Shown here one piece after another: positions 53,540 through 60,921 of a stretch of 64,000 bases of DNA. Position numbers and translations under genes: made by a program. The notes beneath the pieces are model-generated. The model made no database searches, was not told the origin of the DNA, and saw only the letters and a program-made list of their open reading frames with translations. Every line of letters starts with the position of its first letter. Within the stretch, counting starts at the first letter, position 1. Source of the DNA: an uncultured Clostridia bacterium (GTDB lineage Bacteria; Bacillota; Clostridia; Oscillospirales; JAAYOS01); contig CANQDU010000007.1 in the NCBI GenBank assembly GCA_947593925.1, positions 18,408 through 82,407 of the forward strand, in the 5' to 3' direction.

Positions 53540-55792
53540 ATGCGAAAGGTCATACCGATAAACGACAACTGGAAATTCGTAAAAAGCGACGCGCCGTCCG
53601 CTCCTGCGGACGCCGCGTGGGAGAGCGTCACGCTTCCGCACAGCTGGAACGCCGTGGACGGCATGGACGGCAGCCGTCCGTGGCGCGGCTCCGCGTGGTA
53701 CGAGCGCGAGATAGACGTCCCGCGCGAGCCGACTGCCGGGGGACGTCTCTACGTCGAGGTGGGCGCCGCGCCGCTTGCGGCGGAGGTCTACCTGAACGGA
53801 AAGCCCGCATGCACCCACAAGGGAGGCTACGCCGCCTTCCGCGCGGAGCTCACCGGTCTCGTGAACTCGGAGGGGAAGAACGTCCTCTCGATACGTGTTG
53901 ACAACAGCGACTTCCCGGACATCTACCCGAGGACGGCGGACTTCACCTTCTACGGCGGACTCACGCGCGGGGTGAAGCTCATATCCGTCCCCGCGACGCA
54001 CTTCGCGCTCGGTCACTACGGCTCTGCGGGTATGGCCGTCACTCCGTCCGTGAAGGACGGGCGCGCGTCCGTCCGCTGCGAGGCGTGGCTTGAGGGCGCG
54101 ACCGACGGGATGTCGGTCTGCTTCGAGATACGCGACGGCGAGGGAAGAAAGGCCGCCGAGGTGTGGCGTCCCGCGGAGGAGCACGTCTCCGTCGAGATAC
54201 CGCTTGAGAACGCTCATCTGTGGTCTACGGACGACCCGTATCTCTACACCGCGACGGCGCGGCTCGTTATTCACAACGAGGGGCTTGACGAGGTCGCGGC
54301 GCGCTTCGGCGTCCGCACCTTCTCGGTCGATCCGCAGAAGGGCTTCTTCCTCAACGGAAAGCTCACCGTCCTGCGCGGCGTCGCGCGCCATCAGGACAGG
54401 ATGTACAAGGGGAGCGCCGTCTCGCCGGAGGATCATGTCGAGGACGCCGACCTCATCTGCGAGGTCGGCGCGAACACCGTCCGCTGCGCGCACTATCAGC
54501 ACAGCCCGGAGTTCTACGACCTCTGCGACGAGCGCGGAATAGTCGTCTGGGCGGAGATACCTTATATTAGCGTGCAGTCGGAGGATCCGAACGCGCACGA
54601 AGTCGCAAAGGACATGCTCCGCGAGCTGATAATACAGAACTACAACCATCCGTCCATATGCTTCTGGGGCATTTCGAACGAAATTCTCATCGGCGGCGAG
54701 CGCGAGGGCGTGGTGGAAAATCACCGTGAGCTCAACGAGTTGGCAAAGACTCTCGACCCGACCCGCCTCACCACGATGGCGCACGTCAGCTTCACCGAGG
54801 GCGATCATCCGATACATGGTATTACCGACGTCGAGGCGTACAATCAGTACATGGGCTGGTACGGCGGCAAGATAGAGGACAACGGGCCGTGGCTTGACAG
54901 CTACCACGCGCGGTACCCCGACCGCGCGCTCGGACTCAGCGAGTACGGCGCGGAGGGCATCGTCTCCTATCACTCGGAGACGCCGGAGTGCAAGGACTAT
55001 ACCGAGGAGTATCAGGCGCTCTACCATGCCGAGCTGTGCAAGGTACTCGAGGAGAGGCCGTGGGTCTGGGCGTCGCACGTCTGGAATATGTTCGACTTCG
55101 GCTGCTCCGCGCGGGACGAGGGCGGCGTCAAGGGCCGCAACAACAAGGGTCTCGTCACAAGCGACCGCAAAATAAAGAAGGATTCGTTCTACGTCTGCAA
55201 GGCGCACTGGTCGAAGGAGCCGTTCGTCCACGTCTGCGGCGCGCGGTACGCCTGCCGGTCGGGTGAGACGACGCGCGTCGTCGTCTGCTCGAACGCGGGC
55301 GAGATAGTGCTGTATGCGAACGGAGCGGAGGTCGGACGCTCGAACGAGCGCGTCGCGACGTTTGAGGGCGTCCCGCTCCGCGAGGGGACGAACATCCTCC
55401 GCGCGGAGGCGGGCGGACTTGCCGACTTCATATCGGTGGAAAAGGTCGAAACGGAGCCCGCGAGCTACACCGTCCCCGCCGACCAGCGCGAGAGCGCGCA
55501 CCGCAGGGGCGGAGAGGGCGTGAAGAACTGGTTTGAAGGCGTAGTCGAGCCGGAGAAGAAGACGCCGGAGTTTTCGACCGAGCACTTCTCGGTAAAGGAC
55601 AAGATGGGCGATCTCCTCGCAAACCCTGAGGCAAAGAAGTTTGTCACCGAGCTCATGGGGCAGGAGATACCCGAGGGCATGATGGCCATGATAAAGAGCA
55701 TGACGCTCGAACGCAACCTCGCGTTCATAGGCGAACTGCCGGAGGGAGCGCTCGAGACGATAGAAGCAAAGCTTGCAAAGATAAAGAAGTAA
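53540..55792 (+). CDS. Glycoside hydrolase family 2, possibly a beta-glucuronidase
   Basis: 750 aa. Acid/base region NHPSICFWGISNE, nucleophile region LSEYGAEG, and WNMFDF...GRNNKGLVTSDRKIKK, which carries an N-x-K arrangement like the E. coli GUS N566/K568 motif. Confidence 0.8.
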   Translation: MRKVIPINDNWKFVKSDAPSAPADAAWESVTLPHSWNAVDGMDGSRPWRGSAWYEREIDVPREPTAGGRLYVEVGAAPLAAEVYLNGKPACTHKGGYAAFRAELTGLVNSEGKNVLSIRVDNSDFPDIYPRTADFTFYGGLTRGVKLISVPATHFALGHYGSAGMAVTPSVKDGRASVRCEAWLEGATDGMSVCFEIRDGEGRKAAEVWRPAEEHVSVEIPLENAHLWSTDDPYLYTATARLVIHNEGLDEVAARFGVRTFSVDPQKGFFLNGKLTVLRGVARHQDRMYKGSAVSPEDHVEDADLICEVGANTVRCAHYQHSPEFYDLCDERGIVVWAEIPYISVQSEDPNAHEVAKDMLRELIIQNYNHPSICFWGISNEILIGGEREGVVENHRELNELAKTLDPTRLTTMAHVSFTEGDHPIHGITDVEAYNQYMGWYGGKIEDNGPWLDSYHARYPDRALGLSEYGAEGIVSYHSETPECKDYTEEYQALYHAELCKVLEERPWVWASHVWNMFDFGCSARDEGGVKGRNNKGLVTSDRKIKKDSFYVCKAHWSKEPFVHVCGARYACRSGETTRVVVCSNAGEIVLYANGAEVGRSNERVATFEGVPLREGTNILRAEAGGLADFISVEKVETEPASYTVPADQRESAHRRGGEGVKNWFEGVVEPEKKTPEFSTEHFSVKDKMGDLLANPEAKKFVTELMGQEIPEGMMAMIKSMTLERNLAFIGELPEGALETIEAKLAKIKK

Positions 55793-55868
55793 CGCCAAGT
55801 TGCAAGACTCACCGGTAAGTGTGGGGCAGCAAGCCCTGCATGGGGGCGCAAGGCGGTACAGCACACAA

Positions 55869-55898
55869 AAGACGGCGGGGCGCAAGCCCCGCCGTCTT
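55869..55898 (-). terminator. Intrinsic terminator after metA, shared hairpin with the convergent GH2
   Basis: AAGACGGCGGGGC-4 nt-GCCCCGCCGTCTT (13-bp stem). On the minus strand it is followed by TTGTGTG, which together with the last two stem T's reads TTTTGTGT. Confidence 0.75.
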
Positions 55899-55902
55899 GA
55901 GT

Positions 55903-56817
55903 TTACAGCAGATCCAGATCGTATGGCGTCTCCTGATAGACGTAGTAATTGAGCCAGTTGGTATAGAGCAGCGTCGCGTGCGAGCGCCAGGTGAGCGGCG
56001 GCGGCTGAGAGGGGTCGTCGTGCGGGAAGTAGTTTTCCGGTATGTCTATCGGAAGTCCCTTCTCGAGGTCACGGCGGTACTCGCGGGCGAGCGTGTCCGC
56101 GTCATACTCGGAGTGGCCGGTGACGTATATCTCGCGGCCGTCCTTCGTCGCGGCGATGTAGAGACCCGGCTTCTCACCCGCGGCGAGGACTTCGAGCCCG
56201 GGCGTCTTTGCCACGTCCTCAAGCCGCACCTCGGTGTGGCGGGAGTGAGGGGCGAGAAAACGCGAGTCGAACCCTCGGAGCAGCGGCGCTTCCGGGCGCA
56301 CGGCGGTGTGCTCGAAGATGCCGAAGAGCTTCCTTTCGAGCGGATGCTTCTTTATGCCGTAGTGGCGGTAGAGACCCGCCTGCGCGCCCCAGCAGATATG
56401 CAGCACCGACCAGACGTTCCGGCGGCTCCAGTCGAGTATCTCGCAGAGCTCCTTCCAGTACGCAACGTCCTCAAAGGCGAGGTGTTCCACCGGCGCGCCG
56501 GTGATTATCATGCCGTCGTAGCGCAGATGCTTTATCTCGTCAAAGTTCATGTAGAACGAGAGAAGGTGCTCCTGCGGGGTGTGGGTAGAGGTGTAGCTCT
56601 GCGTCTGGAGAAGGTCGAGCTCTATCTGGAGCGGCGTATTCGAGAGACAGCGGAGAAGCTGCGTCTCGGTCTCAAGCTTTGTGGGCATGAGGTTCAGCAG
56701 CAGCACGCGGAGCGGGCGGATGTCCTGCGACTCCGCGCGCCGCGTGTGCATGACGAAAATGTTCTCCTGCTCCAAAGTCCTGAGCGCGGGAAGGTCAGAC
56801 GGTACTTTTATCGGCAT
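55903..56817 (-). CDS. metA: Homoserine O-acyltransferase (MetA family)
   Basis: 304 aa. [11 protein letters not shown]...[15 protein letters not shown]...ICWGAQAG are MetA signatures. Confidence 0.9.
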   Translation of the reverse strand: MPIKVPSDLPALRTLEQENIFVMHTRRAESQDIRPLRVLLLNLMPTKLETETQLLRCLSNTPLQIELDLLQTQSYTSTHTPQEHLLSFYMNFDEIKHLRYDGMIITGAPVEHLAFEDVAYWKELCEILDWSRRNVWSVLHICWGAQAGLYRHYGIKKHPLERKLFGIFEHTAVRPEAPLLRGFDSRFLAPHSRHTEVRLEDVAKTPGLEVLAAGEKPGLYIAATKDGREIYVTGHSEYDADTLAREYRRDLEKGLPIDIPENYFPHDDPSQPPPLTWRSHATLLYTNWLNYYVYQETPYDLDLL

Positions 56818-56849
56818 TTTGTTCTATCCTCCGAGCCTGAAAACGCGCG

Positions 56850-56999
56850 TCAGATCCCGAGAAGGTCGGGGTCAAAGTCGTCGTCCTTCTTTGCGCGCTG
56901 ATCGCCGAGCACCTCGGCATAGCGGAACACGACGAAAACTATGCCGACTATCGCTCCGAGCGCGACGACGACGGCGCCTATTGTCTTGAGCAGCTTCAT
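56850..56999 (-). CDS. Small hypothetical membrane protein (49 aa)
   Basis: ATG at 56999 with AAAGGAGGAATAAT upstream. Translation is MKLLKTIGAVVVALGAIVGIVFVVFRYAEVLGDQRAKKDDDFDPDLLGI, with one TM helix. It is the 3' part of a longer spurious track ORF. Confidence 0.5.
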   Translation of the reverse strand: MKLLKTIGAVVVALGAIVGIVFVVFRYAEVLGDQRAKKDDDFDPDLLGI

Positions 57000-57030
57000 G
57001 ATTATTCCTCCTTTGGTTTTCCTACGACCA

Positions 57031-57059
57031 ATTATACACGATTTTCCCCGGGCGGGCAA
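57031..57059 (-). promoter_or_regulatory. Putative promoter of the small-ORF/metA unit
   Basis: The minus strand reads TTGCCC-17 nt-TATAAT, leaving a leader of only about 25 nt. Confidence 0.35.
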
Positions 57060-57086
57060 GGGAATTTTGAGGTTATTGCTCGGCGC

Positions 57087-57115
57087 TTGAATTTGCGTCG
57101 CCCATACATTATAAT
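57087..57115 (+). promoter_or_regulatory. Putative promoter of the DRTGG gene
   Basis: TTGAAT-17 nt-TATAAT. Confidence 0.45.
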
Positions 57116-57173
57116 TAAAGCGAACATATAAAGCCGTCCGTTTTGACGCTCGGACGGGGAGGGAGGAGACGCC

Positions 57174-57509
57174 GTGACTGTAGCGGAGCTTGCCTCGGCG
57201 CTCGGCGCTGAGGTACTGAATAAGGGCGATATGTCGCGGGAGGTTACGGGCGTGTATGTCTGCGACCTTATTGGCCGCGCCGCCGCGCGGATGCGCCGGG
57301 GCGACGCGTGGATAACGATAATGACGAACCGCAACGTCGCGGCGGCGGCGGAGATAGCGGGCGCGGCGTGCGTCCTCATGGCGGACGACGTCTCGCCGGA
57401 TGCGGAGCTCGCGCGTGTCATGACGGGGACCGGCGCGGCGTTCCTCCGGTGCGGCGGCTCCGCATATACGCTGGCTCACACCCTGCGCCGCCTGACGGGG
57501 CTCGAATAG
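57174..57509 (+). CDS. DRTGG domain-containing protein
   Basis: 111 aa, GTG start after GGGAGGAG. MTVAELASALGAEVLNKGDMSREVTGVYVCDLI...ITIMTNRNVAAAAEIAGAACVLMADD matches my recollection of the small DRTGG proteins encoded beside [FeFe] hydrogenase operons. Confidence 0.7.
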   Translation: MTVAELASALGAEVLNKGDMSREVTGVYVCDLIGRAAARMRRGDAWITIMTNRNVAAAAEIAGAACVLMADDVSPDAELARVMTGTGAAFLRCGGSAYTLAHTLRRLTGLE

Positions 57510-57611
57510 CGGACGAAAAAAGCATTGGCAGAAAGTGTAACTTTTGTTACAGAACGTGCGCCCTCACGGAAAAGAACGATTTTTTCGGCACAAAATGCAG
57601 AATCAAACCTG

Positions 57612-57640
57612 TTGCAAAGTCGAAAAAAGTGTGCTAAAAT
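57612..57640 (+). promoter_or_regulatory. Promoter of the hydrogenase operon
   Basis: TTGCAA-17 nt-TAAAAT with an extended -10 TG (TGcTAAAAT), 55 nt upstream of the hydC ATG. Confidence 0.55.
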
Positions 57641-57695
57641 CATATCAGATTCAAAAGCGGGAGTATGCCCGCTTGTAAATGGAGGAGGTTTTTCG

Positions 57696-58193
57696 ATGCC
57701 CAATACAAAGACCAAGGTGGCCTTCAAAGGCACGCCCGAGCAGGAGGCGGAGCTGAAGAAGTTCATCGCCGAGATCAAGCACGAGAAGGGCGCAACGATG
57801 CCGATTCTCCAGAAGGCGCAGGAGATCTACGGATACCTGCCCGAGGAGGTTCAGGTCATCATCGCGGAGGAGACCGGCATTCCGCTCACGGAGATCTACG
57901 GTATCGCCACTTTCTACGCACAGTTCGCGCTCAACCCGAAGGGCGAGACACAGATCAGCGTCTGCCTCGGTACCGCCTGCTACGTCAAGGGCTCCGGCGA
58001 CGTTCTGCAGAAGGTCGTTGACACCATCGGCTGTGAAGCGGGTTCCATCACGTCCGACGGAAAGTTCTCGATAGACGCCACCCGCTGCATCGGCGCGTGC
58101 GGACTTGCGCCGGTCATGACCGTCAACGGCGAGGTCTACGGACGTATGACCCCGGCAATGGTTCCCGAGATACTTAAGCAGTACATGGAGTAA
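57696..58193 (+). CDS. hydC: NuoE-like [2Fe-2S] subunit of NAD(P)H-dependent/bifurcating [FeFe] hydrogenase (HydC)
   Basis: The start is the ATG at 57696 after GGAGGAGG, inside track ORF 57525..58193. Motifs CLGTACYVKG...CIGACGLAPV give the C-x4-C...C-x3-C 2Fe-2S pattern. Confidence 0.9.
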   Translation: MPNTKTKVAFKGTPEQEAELKKFIAEIKHEKGATMPILQKAQEIYGYLPEEVQVIIAEETGIPLTEIYGIATFYAQFALNPKGETQISVCLGTACYVKGSGDVLQKVVDTIGCEAGSITSDGKFSIDATRCIGACGLAPVMTVNGEVYGRMTPAMVPEILKQYME

Positions 58194-58197
58194 GACC

Positions 58198-58725
58198 GTG
58201 CGGGATATCTCCGAAAGCATCCTTGACGTCCTCATGAACTCAGTGGGCGCCGGCGCGCGGAAGGTCGAGCTTACGCTGTTCCTCTCCGAGAGGGAGGACA
58301 CGGTCGGGTTCGAGGTTCGCGACGACGGACGCGGCATGAGCCGCGAAACGCTCGAACGCGCGGCGGATCCGTTCTTTTCGACGGACGGAGCGCGCGGAGC
58401 CGGGCTCGGACTTTCGCTCCTTAGGAGCGAGGCGGAGCAGGCGGACGGAGGGATGAAAATAGAGAGCCGCGAGGGCCGCGGGACGCGCGTGAGGGCGTGG
58501 TACCGGGCCTCGAGTCTCGATACGCCGCCGGTAGGCGACGTCGGGCTCACGGCGGAGCTTTTCCTTTCGGGGAGACCGGGCATGGAATTTGTCTTTCGCT
58601 GCCGAAGCGACATGCTCTGCCGGGAATTACGGACGGGCGCGGAAGGCGGCGAAACGCCGGACATACCGCAGTCGGTGCGCGAGCGCGTGCGGGAGATGAC
58701 GGCGGAGATAACACAGGGTAAATAA
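58198..58725 (+). CDS. GHKL/HATPase_c-only ATP-binding protein, with no HisKA domain
   Basis: 175 aa, GTG start. N box ILDVLMNSVGAGA, G1 DDGRGM and G2 GAGLGLSL. There is no H-box and no TM segment. Confidence 0.75.
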   Translation: MRDISESILDVLMNSVGAGARKVELTLFLSEREDTVGFEVRDDGRGMSRETLERAADPFFSTDGARGAGLGLSLLRSEAEQADGGMKIESREGRGTRVRAWYRASSLDTPPVGDVGLTAELFLSGRPGMEFVFRCRSDMLCRELRTGAEGGETPDIPQSVRERVREMTAEITQGK

Positions 58726-58754
58726 ACTTCTGAAAAACGGAGGATAGAGTTCAG

Positions 58755-59093
58755 ATGGCAAAGAGCACAACAGAGCTCCAGGAAATGCGGGAGCAGATGG
58801 CGGGGCAGATGAGCCTGCGCGTCGAGGACAAGAACGCCATTCGCGTAGTCGTCGGCATGGGTACCTGCGGTATCGCGGCCGGCGCGCGCGACATAATGCG
58901 TGTGATCGTCGATGAGGTCGGCGCGCACAACGCGACTCACGTCAAGGTCATCATGGACGGCAACAATAAGGACGCAGCGAACGCGCCCGTTGTCGAGATC
59001 CATGTCCTTGGCAAGGACACCGTCACCTACACTAAGGTGGACGCCGCAAAGGCAAAGCAGATAGCCGCCGAGGTCATCGGCGAAGCGAAGTAA
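58755..59093 (+). CDS. Thioredoxin-like [2Fe-2S]-ferredoxin-fold protein (HydD-like) that lacks most Cys ligands
   Basis: 112 aa. IRVVVGMGTCGIAAGARD resembles the start of hydrogenase-operon 2Fe-2S ferredoxin-domain proteins, but the whole protein contains only one Cys. Confidence 0.6.
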   Translation: MAKSTTELQEMREQMAGQMSLRVEDKNAIRVVVGMGTCGIAAGARDIMRVIVDEVGAHNATHVKVIMDGNNKDAANAPVVEIHVLGKDTVTYTKVDAAKAKQIAAEVIGEAK

Positions 59094-59105
59094 GGAGGCG
59101 CCAAT

Positions 59106-60905
59106 ATGAATTTCGCAAGAGCACACATCATGGTCTGCGGAGGCACCGGCTGCACTTCGTCGAAGAGCCCGGAGATAGCCGCAGAGTTCAGAAAACAGCT
59201 TGAGGCCGCCGGCCTCGCGGACGAGGTCAAGGTCGTACAGACCGGATGCTTCGGTCTGTGCGCGCTCGGCCCGATAGTCGTCGTCTACCCCGAGGGTTCG
59301 TTCTACTCGATGGTGACTATCGACGACGTCAAGGAGATAGTGGACGAGCACCTCGTCAAGGGCCGCCCGGTCGAGCGTCTGCTCTATCACGAGGGCGCCG
59401 ACCATCACGGAACCGTCCACTCCTCGCTTAACGATACCGACTTCTACCGCAAGCAGAAGCGCATAGCGCTCCGCAACTGCGGACGCATCAACCCCGAGAA
59501 CATCGACGAGTACATAGCCTTCGACGGATACAAGGCGCTTGAGAAGGTCCTCAAGACCATGCAGCCGCAGGAGGTCATCGACGTCGTTAAGGCGTCCGGT
59601 CTGCGCGGCCGCGGCGGCGCGGGCTTCCCGACCGGCAACAAGTGGCAGTTCGCGGCAAACGAGAAGAACGACGTCAAGTACGTCTGCTGCAACGCCGACG
59701 AGGGCGACCCGGGCGCGTTCATGGACCGTTCGGTCCTCGAGGGCGACCCGCACAGCGTCATCGAGGCGATGGCTATAGCCGGCTACGCCGCCGGCGCTCA
59801 CGAGGGCTACGTTTACGTCCGCGCCGAGTACCCGATAGCCGTTCACCGTCTCAACATAGCCATCGAGCAGGCCCGCGAGTACGGCATGCTCGGCAAGAAC
59901 ATTTTCGGCACCGGCTTCGACTTCGATATAATCGTCCGTCTTGGCGCAGGCGCGTTTGTCTGCGGCGAGGAGACCGCGCTCATGACCTCCATCGAGGGTC
60001 ACCGCGGCGAGCCGCGTCCGCGTCCTCCGTTCCCGGCGGTCAAGGGCCTCTTCGGCCAGCCGACGCTCGAGAACAACGTCGAGACCTTCGCGAACATCAC
60101 TTGGATAATCAACAACGGACCCGAGGCGTTTGCGGCCATGGGCACCGAGCGCTCGAAGGGCACCAAGGTCTTTGCCCTCGGCGGAAAGATAACCAACACC
60201 GGCCTTGTCGAGATCCCGATGGGCACCACGCTCCGCGAGGTCGTCGAGGAGATAGGCGGCGGCGTTCCGAACGGCAAGAAGTTCAAGGCCGCTCAGACCG
60301 GCGGCCCGTCCGGCGGCTGTCTGCCCGCGAGCCTTATCGACACCCCGCTCGACTATGAGTCGATGGCGGCCGTCGGTTCGATAGTCGGCTCCGGCGGACT
60401 CATCGTCATGGACGAGGACAACTGCATGGTCGATATAGCCAAGTTCTTCCTCGAGTTCACCGTCGATGAGAGCTGCGGAAAGTGCGCGCCCTGCCGTATA
60501 GGCACCCGCCGTATGCTCGAGATACTCAACAAGATTACCTCCGGCAACGGCACCCTTGAGGACATCGACCGCCTCGAGGAGCTGTGCGAGCACGTCAAGG
60601 CCAACTCCCTGTGCGGCCTCGGCCAGACCGCCCCGAACCCGGTCCTGTCCACCCTCAAGCACTTCCGCGATGAGTATGTCGCTCACGTCGTGGACAAGAA
60701 GTGTCCCGCCGGCGTCTGCAAGGACCTGCTCAACTACAGCATCGACCCCGAGAAGTGCAAGGGCTGCACCGCGTGCGCGAGGGCGTGCCCGGTCGGCGCT
60801 ATCACCGGTACCGTCAAGGAGCCCCATACGATAGACACAAGCAAGTGCATCAAGTGCGGCACCTGCATATCGAAGTGCCGTTTCGGCGCTATCACCAAGG
60901 GTTAA
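59106..60905 (+). CDS. hydB: NuoF-like flavoprotein subunit of [FeFe] hydrogenase (HydB)
   Basis: 599 aa. N-terminal 2Fe-2S site (VCGGTGC...TGCFGLC), FMN/NADH motifs GRGGAGFPTGNKW and CNADEGDPGAFMDR, 4Fe-4S site ESCGKCAPCR, and two C-terminal CxxCxxCxxxCP ferredoxin motifs. Confidence 0.93.
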   Translation: MNFARAHIMVCGGTGCTSSKSPEIAAEFRKQLEAAGLADEVKVVQTGCFGLCALGPIVVVYPEGSFYSMVTIDDVKEIVDEHLVKGRPVERLLYHEGADHHGTVHSSLNDTDFYRKQKRIALRNCGRINPENIDEYIAFDGYKALEKVLKTMQPQEVIDVVKASGLRGRGGAGFPTGNKWQFAANEKNDVKYVCCNADEGDPGAFMDRSVLEGDPHSVIEAMAIAGYAAGAHEGYVYVRAEYPIAVHRLNIAIEQAREYGMLGKNIFGTGFDFDIIVRLGAGAFVCGEETALMTSIEGHRGEPRPRPPFPAVKGLFGQPTLENNVETFANITWIINNGPEAFAAMGTERSKGTKVFALGGKITNTGLVEIPMGTTLREVVEEIGGGVPNGKKFKAAQTGGPSGGCLPASLIDTPLDYESMAAVGSIVGSGGLIVMDEDNCMVDIAKFFLEFTVDESCGKCAPCRIGTRRMLEILNKITSGNGTLEDIDRLEELCEHVKANSLCGLGQTAPNPVLSTLKHFRDEYVAHVVDKKCPAGVCKDLLNYSIDPEKCKGCTACARACPVGAITGTVKEPHTIDTSKCIKCGTCISKCRFGAITKG

Positions 60906-60921
60906 GCGGAGGAGAACACAA

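Noticed and set aside
57000-57173. Expected SAM (S-box) riboswitch or Met T-box upstream of metA
   Set aside because: The region upstream of the small-ORF/metA unit has a promoter-like TTGCCC-17-TATAAT about 25 nt from the RBS. It leaves no room for a 100-200-nt riboswitch, and I saw no S-box-like conserved helices.
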